From: Solirubrobacteraceae bacterium
GTDB lineage: Bacteria > Actinomycetota > Thermoleophilia > Solirubrobacterales > Solirubrobacteraceae
Assembly: GCA_036268255.1 (NCBI GenBank)
Contig: DATAUL010000324.1
Span: forward strand, 18,372-82,371
Length of the DNA stretch: 64,000 bases
Reading direction: 5' to 3'
Below are positions 48,017 to 56,828 of the stretch, one piece after another. The translations under genes were made by a program, and so were the position numbers. Every line of letters starts with the position of its first letter. The stretch's first letter is position 1. The notes beneath the pieces are model-generated. The model was not told the origin of the DNA, made no database searches, and saw only the letters and a list, made by a program, of their open reading frames with translations.

Positions 48017-48820
48017 ATGGAGATCAGCACCAACACCACCAAGGCCACGGTTGAGCGATACGCCGCCGCCGTCCAGGCCGGCGACGCACAGGCACTCAAA
48101 GGGCTGTTCGCCCCCGACGCGACCTGGACCCTTGCCGCCGGCAACCTTCCCATCGCCGGCACATGGCGAGGGCGCGACGCGATTCTCAACAAATTCCTTG
48201 CCGTTGCACTGACCCACTATCAACCTGACTCGATCGAGATCGAGGTCACCGGCACCCTTGCCGAGAGCGACCAGGTCGTGATGCAATGGACAAGCCGCGC
48301 GCTTACACACACCGGCGGACGGTACGAGAACGAGTGCATCGGTGTGTTCACGATCCGGGACGGCCGGATTCATGCAGTGCGTGAATACATGGACACCCTG
48401 TACGCCCGAGACCACGGGTTTACCGAGGTCGGGGCCGCGGAGGTGAGTCAAACGGCAACTGTCTCATCCCTGGAGCGCGGCGACGCCTACCAAGCGCGCT
48501 TCAGCGAAGACGTGGTCTTTCACAGTCCCGTCACCGACTACCACGGTCGTGGGGACGTGGCACACCTGCTCTCGACCATCGCGGCCGTCTTCGACACCGT
48601 GAGTAGCCAGCGCCAGATGGCCCGTGGCCAAGACGTGATCACCGACGTCACTGCCTACCACAAGGGTCGTCGAATGACCGGTTTGGTCAGCGAGACCTAC
48701 GACCAAGACGGGCGCGTTCGGGAGGCGACGCTCCTCCTGCGACCACTGCGAACGCTGAACGAGGCGATCGACGCAATGCGCGACGCACTCGAGCGCTCAC
48801 CGCTTCCGAGCAGCACCTGA
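48017..48820 (+). CDS. Tandem SnoaL/NTF2-like domain protein
   Basis: LFAPDATW..REYMDT, then FSEDVVFHSP..LLRP. Confidence 0.8.
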   Translation: MEISTNTTKATVERYAAAVQAGDAQALKGLFAPDATWTLAAGNLPIAGTWRGRDAILNKFLAVALTHYQPDSIEIEVTGTLAESDQVVMQWTSRALTHTGGRYENECIGVFTIRDGRIHAVREYMDTLYARDHGFTEVGAAEVSQTATVSSLERGDAYQARFSEDVVFHSPVTDYHGRGDVAHLLSTIAAVFDTVSSQRQMARGQDVITDVTAYHKGRRMTGLVSETYDQDGRVREATLLLRPLRTLNEAIDAMRDALERSPLPSST

Positions 48821-48841
48821 CCATCAGACAAGGAGACCGAG

Positions 48842-49327
48842 ATGACGACAGCCATCCCCGCCGGACGGATCCAGCTCTTGCAGGTGGCGCCCCGGCTGTA
48901 CGGCGCCGTGTTCGCGCTATCGAACTCGCTCGAACTTGACGATCAGCTCCGCCTGCTTCTCGACGTGCGGGCGTCGCAGATCAATGGATGCGCCTTCTGC
49001 CTGGACATGCACTACAAGGACGCTCCGGCCGCCGACATCAGCGAGCAGCGGCTGTACATGCTCAACGCATGGCGCGAGAGCCCGCTCTACGACCAGCGTG
49101 AACGAGCCGCGCTCGAGCTCTGTGAGGCGATCACCCTGATCGCAGACGGCCACGTGCCTGACCCGGTGTGGGAGGCCGCTGCCGCGGCGTTCGACGAGGT
49201 CGAGCTGGGCCAGCTGGTGTTCGCGATCACCACCATCAACGCATGGAATCGCCTGATGATCGCCTCGCGCACCGAGCCCGGCCACTACCAGCCGGGGCAG
49301 TTCCAACGCCGTCGCCACGCGGAATGA
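48842..49327 (+). CDS. AhpD/carboxymuconolactone decarboxylase-family protein
   Basis: RASQINGCAFCLDMH and INAWNR. Confidence 0.9.
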   Translation: MTTAIPAGRIQLLQVAPRLYGAVFALSNSLELDDQLRLLLDVRASQINGCAFCLDMHYKDAPAADISEQRLYMLNAWRESPLYDQRERAALELCEAITLIADGHVPDPVWEAAAAAFDEVELGQLVFAITTINAWNRLMIASRTEPGHYQPGQFQRRRHAE

Positions 49328-49376
49328 GCACACGGCACGGAGCACGCCTGCAGCCGCTGCTCTCAGGGAGCTCTGA

Positions 49377-50015
49377 TCAGCTGCCCGTGTTGCCCGAATT
49401 ACCGGAGCCGGTGTTGAGCTCCGTTGTGCGGACGCGATGGGTGCCCCCGGGGGAACGCCCGCTGTTGGGGGCGCTGACGTAGGTCTGGCAGCTGACGAGG
49501 TGCTCGGTGCCAAGGCCCGAATTGCCCATCGGACCGACAAGCGGGCCGACGAACGTGTTGTCCTTTCCGATGAGGAGCTTGACCCGCGGACCCGAGGGCG
49601 TCGGATCGCCCGGGGCGTACTGGTCGGCGGTCGCGGCGCAGTCGATCGGGGCCGGGTTGGTCGACCGCCCGGGTGCCGTCTTGATCATGACCGTCTCGTG
49701 ATATTCGTCGACGAGCTTGGTGTCCGCGGCCATCAGCGTGTTGTGCCCGCCGAAGTTGAGCTTGACGAACACGGTGCCATCGCTCTTCTGCGTGATGGCG
49801 TACGCCGCTGAGGTCCCGGTGCTGCCACTCAGCGCGAGCAGGACGGCAACGCCAACCCCCGCCAGCCCCAGAGAGCTGCCTGCGAGAACGCGTGGACCTC
49901 GCAGCAATCTGGCACGCGCCCGCGCCGGCTCTGAAGCGGTGGCCAGCTCGTGGTGTGCCGCACGGTTGAGCTCGTCGCGGAAGCGCTCGAGGCTCTGTGG
50001 GATGGGGCTGGTCAT
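49377..50015 (-). CDS. Single-pass anti-sigma factor candidate A
   Basis: ATGA-coupled to the ECF sigma; N-terminal helix, TM, AYAIT..DG.V.V motif and two Cys. Confidence 0.75.
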   Translation of the reverse strand: MTSPIPQSLERFRDELNRAAHHELATASEPARARARLLRGPRVLAGSSLGLAGVGVAVLLALSGSTGTSAAYAITQKSDGTVFVKLNFGGHNTLMAADTKLVDEYHETVMIKTAPGRSTNPAPIDCAATADQYAPGDPTPSGPRVKLLIGKDNTFVGPLVGPMGNSGLGTEHLVSCQTYVSAPNSGRSPGGTHRVRTTELNTGSGNSGNTGS

Positions 50016-50581
50016 GACTCCTCCAGGTGGACGGTGTGTGACAGGCGCCGAAGCGCACGCGAGACCCGGACACGTGCGGCCGCGGGCTCGATGTCGAGAC
50101 GTTCGGCGACTTCCCGGTAGGGCAGCTCGTCCACGACTCGCATCTCCAGCGCTTCACGCTCGGCCGGGGAGAGAGCATTGAGCTGCCGCTCCAGCGCAAC
50201 GCGAGGGGACAGACGCTCCTCGACCTCGGTGAACCCATCCTCGGCGGCGAGGTCGAGCGGCAGGCCGAGTCGCTCGCGAGCGCGCGTCTCGATCTGATCG
50301 CGCCGCACCGTGTCCGCGAGGACGTTGCGGGCGATCCCGAGCAGCCACGGCAGTGCAGAACCGTCACGGTCGTCATGAAAGCGATCGATGCTCAAAAGAG
50401 CCCGCGCAAACGTCTCGGCGGTCAGGTCGCTGGCGGCCCATTTAAGCCGCCGGGACAGCCACGCATGCACGTCGCCAACGTGCCGGGTGTACAGCTCGGA
50501 GAATGCCGACGGATCACGGCGGGAGCTCGTGAGCAGCTCAGCGTCGCTGGGTGCCCCGCGCTTGTGTTCTAGTGGTCTCAC
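50012..50581 (-). CDS. ECF sigma factor A
   Basis: Region 2 DLTAETF..PWLLGIARN and region 4 HTH; GTG50581 gives 189 aa, the same as paralogue B. Confidence 0.92.
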   Translation of the reverse strand: MRPLEHKRGAPSDAELLTSSRRDPSAFSELYTRHVGDVHAWLSRRLKWAASDLTAETFARALLSIDRFHDDRDGSALPWLLGIARNVLADTVRRDQIETRARERLGLPLDLAAEDGFTEVEERLSPRVALERQLNALSPAEREALEMRVVDELPYREVAERLDIEPAAARVRVSRALRRLSHTVHLEES

Positions 50582-50585
50582 ACGC

Positions 50586-50613
50586 CGATATCGCATACGC
50601 CCCCGCGTTTGTA
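50586..50613 (-). promoter_or_regulatory. Putative ECF autoregulatory promoter TACAAACGCG-N8-TGCGATATCG
   Basis: Same motif and spacing upstream of both paralogous sigmas. Confidence 0.7.
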
Positions 50614-50738
50614 ACCAGGGATCTCAGAGCGGCGCTGTGCGGGCGAACGGAAGGATTGGAATTTCTGCGCCGGCTGAAAAGTGGAGCTTGCTGAACGAGC
50701 CGGCTTGAGGCTCGGTCAGCGAGGCATCCACTGCTCCT

Positions 50739-50850
50739 CAGAGGCTCCGTGTTGTCGAAGACGCCGACGAGCGCCTCCTGCACGGCGTCTTCTGCGCGCC
50801 CACGATCCCCGGCTGACCATTAACTCGAGATTGATCAGCATCGCGCCGTG
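50739..50850 (-). pseudogene. Remnant of a SigE-type ECF sigma (region 2)
   Basis: HGAMLINLELMVS / frameshift / GDRGRAEDAVQEALVGVF, similar to GDRERAQDAAQEALIRVY of sigma C. Confidence 0.6.
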
Positions 50851-50928
50851 GGCGGCGGCGCGTCGTTGCTCGGCTCCTGCTCCGAAGGCGCAGAGCAGAC
50901 AGATCCCGAGCGATTCGGGACTTCGCGA

Positions 50929-50956
50929 TACAAACGCGCGGTGGAGTGCAATAACG
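50929..50956 (+). promoter_or_regulatory. Putative ECF autoregulatory promoter TACAAACGCG-N8-TGCAATAACG
   Basis: Matches 50586-50613; GTG start follows 4 nt later in both. Confidence 0.7.
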
Positions 50957-50960
50957 AGGC

Positions 50961-51530
50961 GTGAAGTCTCATCAGCGTCAGCGACGGACGAGCAGCGACG
51001 CAGAGCTGCTCAGGAGCGCTCGGCGTGATCCCTCGGCGTTCTCGGAGCTGTACACGCGACACGTCGGCGACGTGCACGCTTGGCTGTCTCGACGAATCGC
51101 GTGGGCGGCCAACGACCTCACCGCCGAGACGTTCGCGCGAGCCCTGCTGAGCATCGACCGCTTCAGCGACGACCGCGAAGGCACGGCGTTGCCATGGCTG
51201 CTCGGGATCGCCCGTCACGTCCTCTTGGAGACCGTCCGGCAAGACCGGATCGAGACGCGCGCTCGGGAGCGGCTCGGCCTGCCCCTCGACCTTGCCGTCG
51301 ACGACGGCTTCTCCGAGGTGGAGGAGCGCCTGTCCCCGCGTCGTGCGCTGGAGCGTCAACTCGATGCTCTCCCGCCTGGCGAACGGGAGGCGCTCAAGCT
51401 GCGTGTCGTCGACGAGCTGCCCTACGACGAGCTCGCTGGCCGTCTCGACATCCGACCCGCGGCCGCGCGTCTGCGGGTCTCACGCGCCTTGCGGCGCCTC
51501 GCTCATACCGTCCCACAGGAGGAAACATGA
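50961..51530 (+). CDS. ECF sigma factor B
   Basis: Colinear paralogue of sigma A (about 31 differences over the last 178 aa by hand count). Confidence 0.92.
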   Translation: MKSHQRQRRTSSDAELLRSARRDPSAFSELYTRHVGDVHAWLSRRIAWAANDLTAETFARALLSIDRFSDDREGTALPWLLGIARHVLLETVRQDRIETRARERLGLPLDLAVDDGFSEVEERLSPRRALERQLDALPPGEREALKLRVVDELPYDELAGRLDIRPAAARLRVSRALRRLAHTVPQEET

Positions 51531-52174
51531 CCAGTCCCGTCCCACCGGGCCTCGACCGCTTCGGCGAGGAGCTCGACCGCGCGGCGCACCGCGAGCTGTC
51601 CACTACCTTGGGATCGGTGCGGGCGCGGCTCGGGCGCACACGTACACGGGTGTTCGCCGGTGGCACGCTCGGGCTGGTCGGCATCGGCTCGGCGCTGGTG
51701 CTTGCCCTCGGCGGGTCGACGGCACCGCCGGCGTACGCCATCACGACGAACGCCGACGGTTCGGTGCTGGTCACGTTCAACTACGCGCCCGGTTCGAATT
51801 TCTGGCAGCTCGAACATGACCTCATCGGGGGCCACAGCGAGATGATCGCGGTCAACGTCGCGCCCGGGCCGGCGACCGTTCCCGGCCCGGTCAAATGCAC
51901 GCCCATGAAGGATGGCAATCCGGGCATGCCACCGACGCCAATCAAGGTCGAGCTGGGCCAGGACGGGACAGGCACGATTCCGGCGAACGACCCGAATGCG
52001 ATCCCAGGCGTCCCGGGCGGCAGCAGCGGCGTCACCGGTCCAGTGCACCTGACGGCATGTCAGCTGTTTATCGAGACGCCCACGGACACTGGCGGCAACA
52101 CGGGTGGTGACACCCCCGGCGTCTTCGGCTTCAACCCCAACGGCACAAGCAAGGTCGCCGGCAGCCAGCGCTGA
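51527..52174 (+). CDS. Single-pass anti-sigma factor candidate B
   Basis: ATGA overlap; MTSPVP..LDRF.EELDRAAHREL, TM, AYAIT..DGSV and two Cys. Confidence 0.75.
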   Translation: MTSPVPPGLDRFGEELDRAAHRELSTTLGSVRARLGRTRTRVFAGGTLGLVGIGSALVLALGGSTAPPAYAITTNADGSVLVTFNYAPGSNFWQLEHDLIGGHSEMIAVNVAPGPATVPGPVKCTPMKDGNPGMPPTPIKVELGQDGTGTIPANDPNAIPGVPGGSSGVTGPVHLTACQLFIETPTDTGGNTGGDTPGVFGFNPNGTSKVAGSQR

Positions 52175-52417
52175 CCTGGAGGATCGAAGCGCGCGACATT
52201 TGTTCGCTACAACCACCGAGAACCATGCATACCCCGGCGACATTGCGCTGGACGCCGATTGGCGGCGGGGCAAGGATGCTCGAGAGCGATTACCGTTCGG
52301 TTACAACCAGTGTTCCCGGCACGTAACCGGTGGCAGCGTACAACTGCGGCCGTGCAACGACGCCTACCCCCTCGCGACCGGCCAGCGACGTGTTCATCTC
52401 GCTGGGTAGGACGAGTG

Positions 52418-54038
52418 ATGAGTAGATCATCCCTGACCGCCCGCGTCGCGGCGCTCGCAGGCGTGTGCGCCGTCGGCGCTCCGGTGGCGGTCGCCCGGGC
52501 GAGCGCCGACACCGAGACGACTAGGATGCTCGCCGGGTCGGCCGCCGCCGTGACGAGCGACCCGCTCGCGGTCGAGGCGGTCCGCGACTCCCCGAACCAG
52601 ACCGTCCAGGGGTGGATGGCCGTCCGTCAGCAGGCCGCCCAGCGGTTCGCTGACGCGGTCAGCACGCCGGGGTCACCGACCTACCAGCGGTTCCTGAGCC
52701 CCACCGCCTACACCCAGAGGTTCGGTCCCAGTGCCGCGCAGGTTGATGCGGTGAAATCGCATCTGACCAGGGCAGGCTTCAGCCAGGTGCGGGCCAGCGT
52801 CAACGATGACTTCATCTCGGCCACCGCGCCGTTGGCGACGATCGACCGGGTGTTCTCGGTGCGACTGCGCCGCTACCTGATCGGCCCTCGGGGAACGCAC
52901 CTCACGATCGAGTCAAGCGACCGCGACCCCACGGTCCCCGTCTCGATCCGCGACGACGTTCTGTCGATCACCGGCGTGAACACCACCCAACGACTACGGG
53001 GATGAGGAGCAGATCGACTCCGAGGCCGCCTACGCGATGGCGCCCAGCGCGAAGCAGCTGATGGTCGACGGCGACAGCTGCGTGGAAGAGAAAGAAGGCC
53101 CGCAGGCAGATCTCGACGCTGAGTTGGCGCCGCTGACCGGCCACGGATCCAGCCCGAGCGCCGACATCGAATCCTGGTCCGGTGGGATCGGAACCGAGAA
53201 CGTGTCACCAGCGCTGCGCAAGGCCAGCCACGCGATCGCGCTGCGCGCCGCAGCCGAGGGCGTCAGTCTGCTGGTCGCCTCCAATGACTACCCGGGACCC
53301 GCGCTGCCCGCCACGGATCCGGACGTCACCGCGGTCGGCGGCACGACGCTCGGCATCGGCGCCCAAGGCCAGCGGCTGTTCGAGACCGGCTGGTCGGACG
53401 GTCTCGTCGAGCGAACTGGCAACGGCGGCCCCTGGCAGTACCGGGACATCTATCTCGCAAGCGGCGGTGGGGCGAGCCACCTCTATCGCGAGCCGAGCTA
53501 CCAGAAGGCCGTCGTCCCCAGCTCGATGGCCACCAACCACGCAGGTCACCCCGGCCGGACGGTGCCTGACATCTCCGCCGACGCCGATCTTATGACGGGA
53601 ATACTGTTCGGCCAGTTCCAGCCTAAGTCCAACCGGAAGACGACTCCGTACACGACGTTCGTCGGCGGCGGCACGAGTCTGTCCACTCCTCTCGTGGCCG
53701 GCATCGTCCTCGACGCCGAGCAGGGACAGCCGAGGAACTTTGGATTCCTCAACCCGCTGCTCTACTCGCTGGCCGGAAGCCCGGCGTTCCACGACATCCT
53801 GCCGCTCAGCTCATCCGATCCGCAGGTCGACCGCGCCGCGTTTGCGAACCCTGCGACCTTGTACCACCGGCGGCACAAGCCGGTTGTCTCCCTGTTCGAC
53901 GACCAGGATCCAAGGCACACCCACCAGGTAACCGCGACGGGCTACGACACGATGACGGGACTAGGCACCCCGAGCGGTGCCGCATTCATCGATGGGTTGC
54001 GATCGGCCGCAAGGCCTCGACGCCGAGCGGGCAACTGA
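52418..54038 (+). pseudogene. S53 sedolisin/kumamolisin-like secreted peptidase, split and internally deleted
   Basis: Signal peptide and activation prodomain end at TGA53005; the catalytic part (VTAVGGT, VPDISA, GGTSLSTP, GYD.MTGLGTP) is in another ORF with a damaged ExxxD region. Confidence 0.75.
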
Positions 54039-54178
54039 CCCAACTGACCCGCGGCAGCCCACCAGCGTCGCCGCGGGTCCGCGCCTGGCCGAGATCATCT
54101 TCCGCGAGGTGGACGGAGGCGCGCCGCCACAACTCGTGTACCACGACCTCCCGGATGCCGAGCGTGGCTCCCATCTAT

Positions 54179-54210
54179 GGGGGCCCTGATTGGGGGGGCC
54201 CTGATTGGGG
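54179..54210. repeat. 15-bp tandem duplication GGGGGCCCTGATTGG x2
   Basis: Read directly from the sequence. Confidence 0.8.
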
Positions 54211-54245
54211 CGTCACGCCACGCTCGGCATCGCACAGCTGGAGGG

Positions 54246-55193
54246 TTAGCGCCCGGCCGGATTGTCCTTCTCAAGCTGGGACTGGGAGACCTCGTTGAAC
54301 CCGGACGGGAGTTGGGCCAGCTTGGCGTTGACGATGTTCGCCGCAGTGGCCGGCAGCCACTTCTCGGAGACGGTGTTGGTCCCGTCCGCGCCGCCGTTGG
54401 GATTGATCACCATCTCGCCGGTGCTCTCGACGGGCTCATAGGTCTGGGAGTTGACGTAGAGCGTGTCCGTGTACCCGGCCTCGTTCGGCAGGGTCAGTTT
54501 GATCGTTGACTGCCCGTCGATCGTCGCGGTCCCATCCTGGGTCGCCTTGCCGCTGGCGAGCTCGGACTTGATCTGCTCCGCGTCGGCGGCCGGATTGTCG
54601 GAGTCAACCGGCCCGACGCTCGTCTGAACGGCGTACTCCCGCTGGACGGGGTCGAGGTTGGTCGACTGGTAGCTCATCTGGTTGCCGTCCGGGGCGCCGA
54701 CGATGTACTGCTCGTAGACGTCGGTCCCGTTTGACGAGATCAGCTGGCTGGAGCTGTAGTAGTCGCCGGTCTGCGGGTCGGTGTAGGACCAGACCGGGTT
54801 GGTGCTGTCCGAACCCGGGTTGCCGTTGCCGCCGGCGGAGACCCGCTCGACGACCTCGGTCTGTCCGGCGTGGTCGAGGTTGGCGCTCACACGGCGCACG
54901 ATGTACGCGGTGTCCTCAGCGTCGCCCGACAGGGCCTGTGGCGCCGACGCCTGCGCGCCCGAGCCTGCCTGGACGGACGCGCCGCCGTGGCCAGACCCGC
55001 CGCCGACGGCGAGCACGGTCGCGACACCGGCGGCCGCCAGCATCGGCACTCCGGCGGTCGCCGCCCGCGTGGCGGTGCGCCGCCGGGCAATGAGGCGGGC
55101 GCTGGCCGGAAGCCCGGCCGGCGCGTCGATGGTGGCAGCACGCTCGCACATGCCGGCGTGCAGCTCTTCGAGGAGGTCGGTGTCGTTCAGCAT
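54246..55193 (-). CDS. Anti-sigma candidate C (single TM, large beta-rich extracellular domain)
   Basis: Overlaps the sigma C stop; ARRRTATR then TM; TIDGQSTIKL..LYVNSQTYEPV. Confidence 0.7.
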   Translation of the reverse strand: MLNDTDLLEELHAGMCERAATIDAPAGLPASARLIARRRTATRAATAGVPMLAAAGVATVLAVGGGSGHGGASVQAGSGAQASAPQALSGDAEDTAYIVRRVSANLDHAGQTEVVERVSAGGNGNPGSDSTNPVWSYTDPQTGDYYSSSQLISSNGTDVYEQYIVGAPDGNQMSYQSTNLDPVQREYAVQTSVGPVDSDNPAADAEQIKSELASGKATQDGTATIDGQSTIKLTLPNEAGYTDTLYVNSQTYEPVESTGEMVINPNGGADGTNTVSEKWLPATAANIVNAKLAQLPSGFNEVSQSQLEKDNPAGR

Positions 55194-55717
55194 GCGGTGG
55201 TCTCCGTGGTAGTGAGGAACAGTTCGGCGCCCAGAACCTCGCGCAGCCGCGCGAGTCCGCGGGTCACGCGGCTCTTAACCGTGCCGATCGGGATGTCAAG
55301 GGTGGTCGCCGTCTCGGCCTCGGACAGCTGCAGGCCGTAGCGCAGGACGATCACCGCACGCTGTGCGTGCGGGAGCGCATCCAGCGCGGCCATCAGCGCA
55401 TCGCGCTGCAGCAGCCGCTCCTGGGGGTGATCGGACTCCTGGCGACTGATGAGCGCTTCGATCGCGGCGTTCGTGCGATCCGTTCGCTGCTCACGCCGCC
55501 AGTCCTCGCGCGTGGCGTTGACGGCGGTCCGCCGGGCATAGGCGAGCGGGTCGTCAATCCGCGACCAGCGCTGGTACACCCGGATCAGCGCCTCCTGCGC
55601 CGCATCCTGGGCGCGCTCCCGATCGCCACAGACAATGAACGCGAGCTTGACCAGCCCCTCGGCCTGAACCGCCGCGAACCTCTCAAACTCCGACTGCCGG
55701 CCTCGCGCCAGCCTCAC
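55187..55717 (-). CDS. ECF sigma factor C (actinobacterial SigE-like)
   Basis: AQDAAQEAL, AYARR and QRAVIVLRY..LSEAETA..GTVKS. Confidence 0.92.
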   Translation of the reverse strand: MRLARGRQSEFERFAAVQAEGLVKLAFIVCGDRERAQDAAQEALIRVYQRWSRIDDPLAYARRTAVNATREDWRREQRTDRTNAAIEALISRQESDHPQERLLQRDALMAALDALPHAQRAVIVLRYGLQLSEAETATTLDIPIGTVKSRVTRGLARLREVLGAELFLTTTETTAC

Positions 55718-55749
55718 CGGCCGCTCGCCTGGCTAGGCGTTGAGATCAT
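55714..55749 (-). other. 11-aa upstream ORF MISTPSQASGR coupled to sigma C
   Basis: AAGGAG RBS, ATG55749, and a TGA overlapping the sigma GTG. Confidence 0.45.
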
Positions 55750-55809
55750 GTCGGCTCCTTCATTTCAAGGTCCGGAGCCACACCGGGCGGCTCCGCTTAC
55801 GCCCATTCA

Positions 55810-55835
55810 GATGCTCGCGACTCCGAAAAGGTTCC
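55810..55835 (-). promoter_or_regulatory. Putative ECF promoter GGAACC-N15-GCATC
   Basis: AAC-type -35 typical of ECF promoters; upstream of sigma C. Confidence 0.5.
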
Positions 55836-55998
55836 ATCCCGGTCGGCGGTAATCGGCGGCCGGGCGATCTCGGGTCCGAGTCAGCGGGTCGAACGTGCCG
55901 GGTGACTGCTGGAAAGCAGATACTTGCTTGTTCCCTTGAGGGCGCAACACTTTGTGCAACACCAAATGCCAAATGCATCGATTTGCCGGACTTTAAAG

Positions 55999-56079
55999 TA
56001 GGGCCAACCGAGATCGAACCGGTGACCTCCTGCTTGCAAAGTTGGGCCGAGCCTTTGCCCCACGTTGCCGTCGTTTGCC
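55999..56079 (-). mobile_element. att-like site: degenerate tRNA-Ala(TGC) 3' fragment plus TTGCC x3 flank
   Basis: 40/43 identical to 63703-63745; flank 30/38 identical to 63746-63783. Confidence 0.8.
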
Positions 56080-56085
56080 GCAAGT

Positions 56086-56110
56086 GCGGCAGTCTGGCCG
56101 AGACTGCCGC
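56086..56110. terminator. Perfect 10-bp hairpin GCGGCAGTCT-N5-AGACTGCCGC downstream of tetR
   Basis: Inverted repeat seen directly; no U-tract. Confidence 0.4.
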
Positions 56111-56167
56111 GCCGGCATGCCATCCGGGGTGTCAGGGTGGCGTGGCCGCCGGACTAGGAGGTCACGA

Positions 56168-56734
56168 TCAGGCTGGAGTCAGCAGGCTGCGCACGGTCGC
56201 TCCGACGCTGGCGCGGCGCGCCTGAGCGTCGGCGAACTCGTGCCTCGCGGCGGCGGCGATGAGCCGGCCGAGGACGAGCGACAGCCAGTCGGCGGGAAGG
56301 TCGTCGCGCAGCGTGCCTGCGGCCTGTGCACGGTCGATGTAGCTGCGCAGTGGCATCCGCCGCCGCCAACCGTCGTTGGCCTCTTTGGCGTGGAGATGCT
56401 CCTCGTGGTTGACCAGGAACCGGTAGCGATCACCCAGCCCAGCGAGGGAGATCACCAAGTCGACGAGAACCTCGATCGGGTCCCCGGTGACGCCGGCGTC
56501 GAGCCGCGCGCGGACGATCTCCCCGGCCTCGGCGAAGACGCGTGCGTAGATCGCTGCGATCAGCGACTGGCGGTCGGGAAAGTGGCGGTATAGGGTGCTG
56601 CGGCCGATTCCGGAGGCAGCCGCGATGTCGGCCATCGTCGCCTCGGGAGCGTCGGCGAGCACAGCGATCGCGGCGGTCACGATCGTCTCATGGTTGCGTT
56701 CGGCGTCGCGCCGGAGTCGATTCTGGGCCGTCAT
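56168..56734 (-). CDS. TetR-family regulator
   Basis: RRDAERN..IAAASGIGRSTLYRHFPDR. Confidence 0.9.
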   Translation of the reverse strand: MTAQNRLRRDAERNHETIVTAAIAVLADAPEATMADIAAASGIGRSTLYRHFPDRQSLIAAIYARVFAEAGEIVRARLDAGVTGDPIEVLVDLVISLAGLGDRYRFLVNHEEHLHAKEANDGWRRRMPLRSYIDRAQAAGTLRDDLPADWLSLVLGRLIAAAARHEFADAQARRASVGATVRSLLTPA

Positions 56735-56782
56735 CGGAGCTAGATTCGCAGAAACGGGACGCGAGTGTGCTATTTCTGAAGC

Positions 56783-56798
56783 GGGACGTTCTTGTCCC
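56783..56798. promoter_or_regulatory. TetR operator candidate GGGAC-N6-GTCCC
   Basis: Palindrome between the divergent tetR and mmpL genes; a second GGGAC half-site at 56756. Confidence 0.55.
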
Positions 56799-56828
56799 AC
56801 TTCTGTTGCCCGTCCTGACCCGGAGACG

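Noticed and set aside
50676-50692. AAAAGTGGAGCT as a third tRNA-Ala att remnant
   Set aside because: The match is only about 6-7 nt and no T-arm sequence follows.
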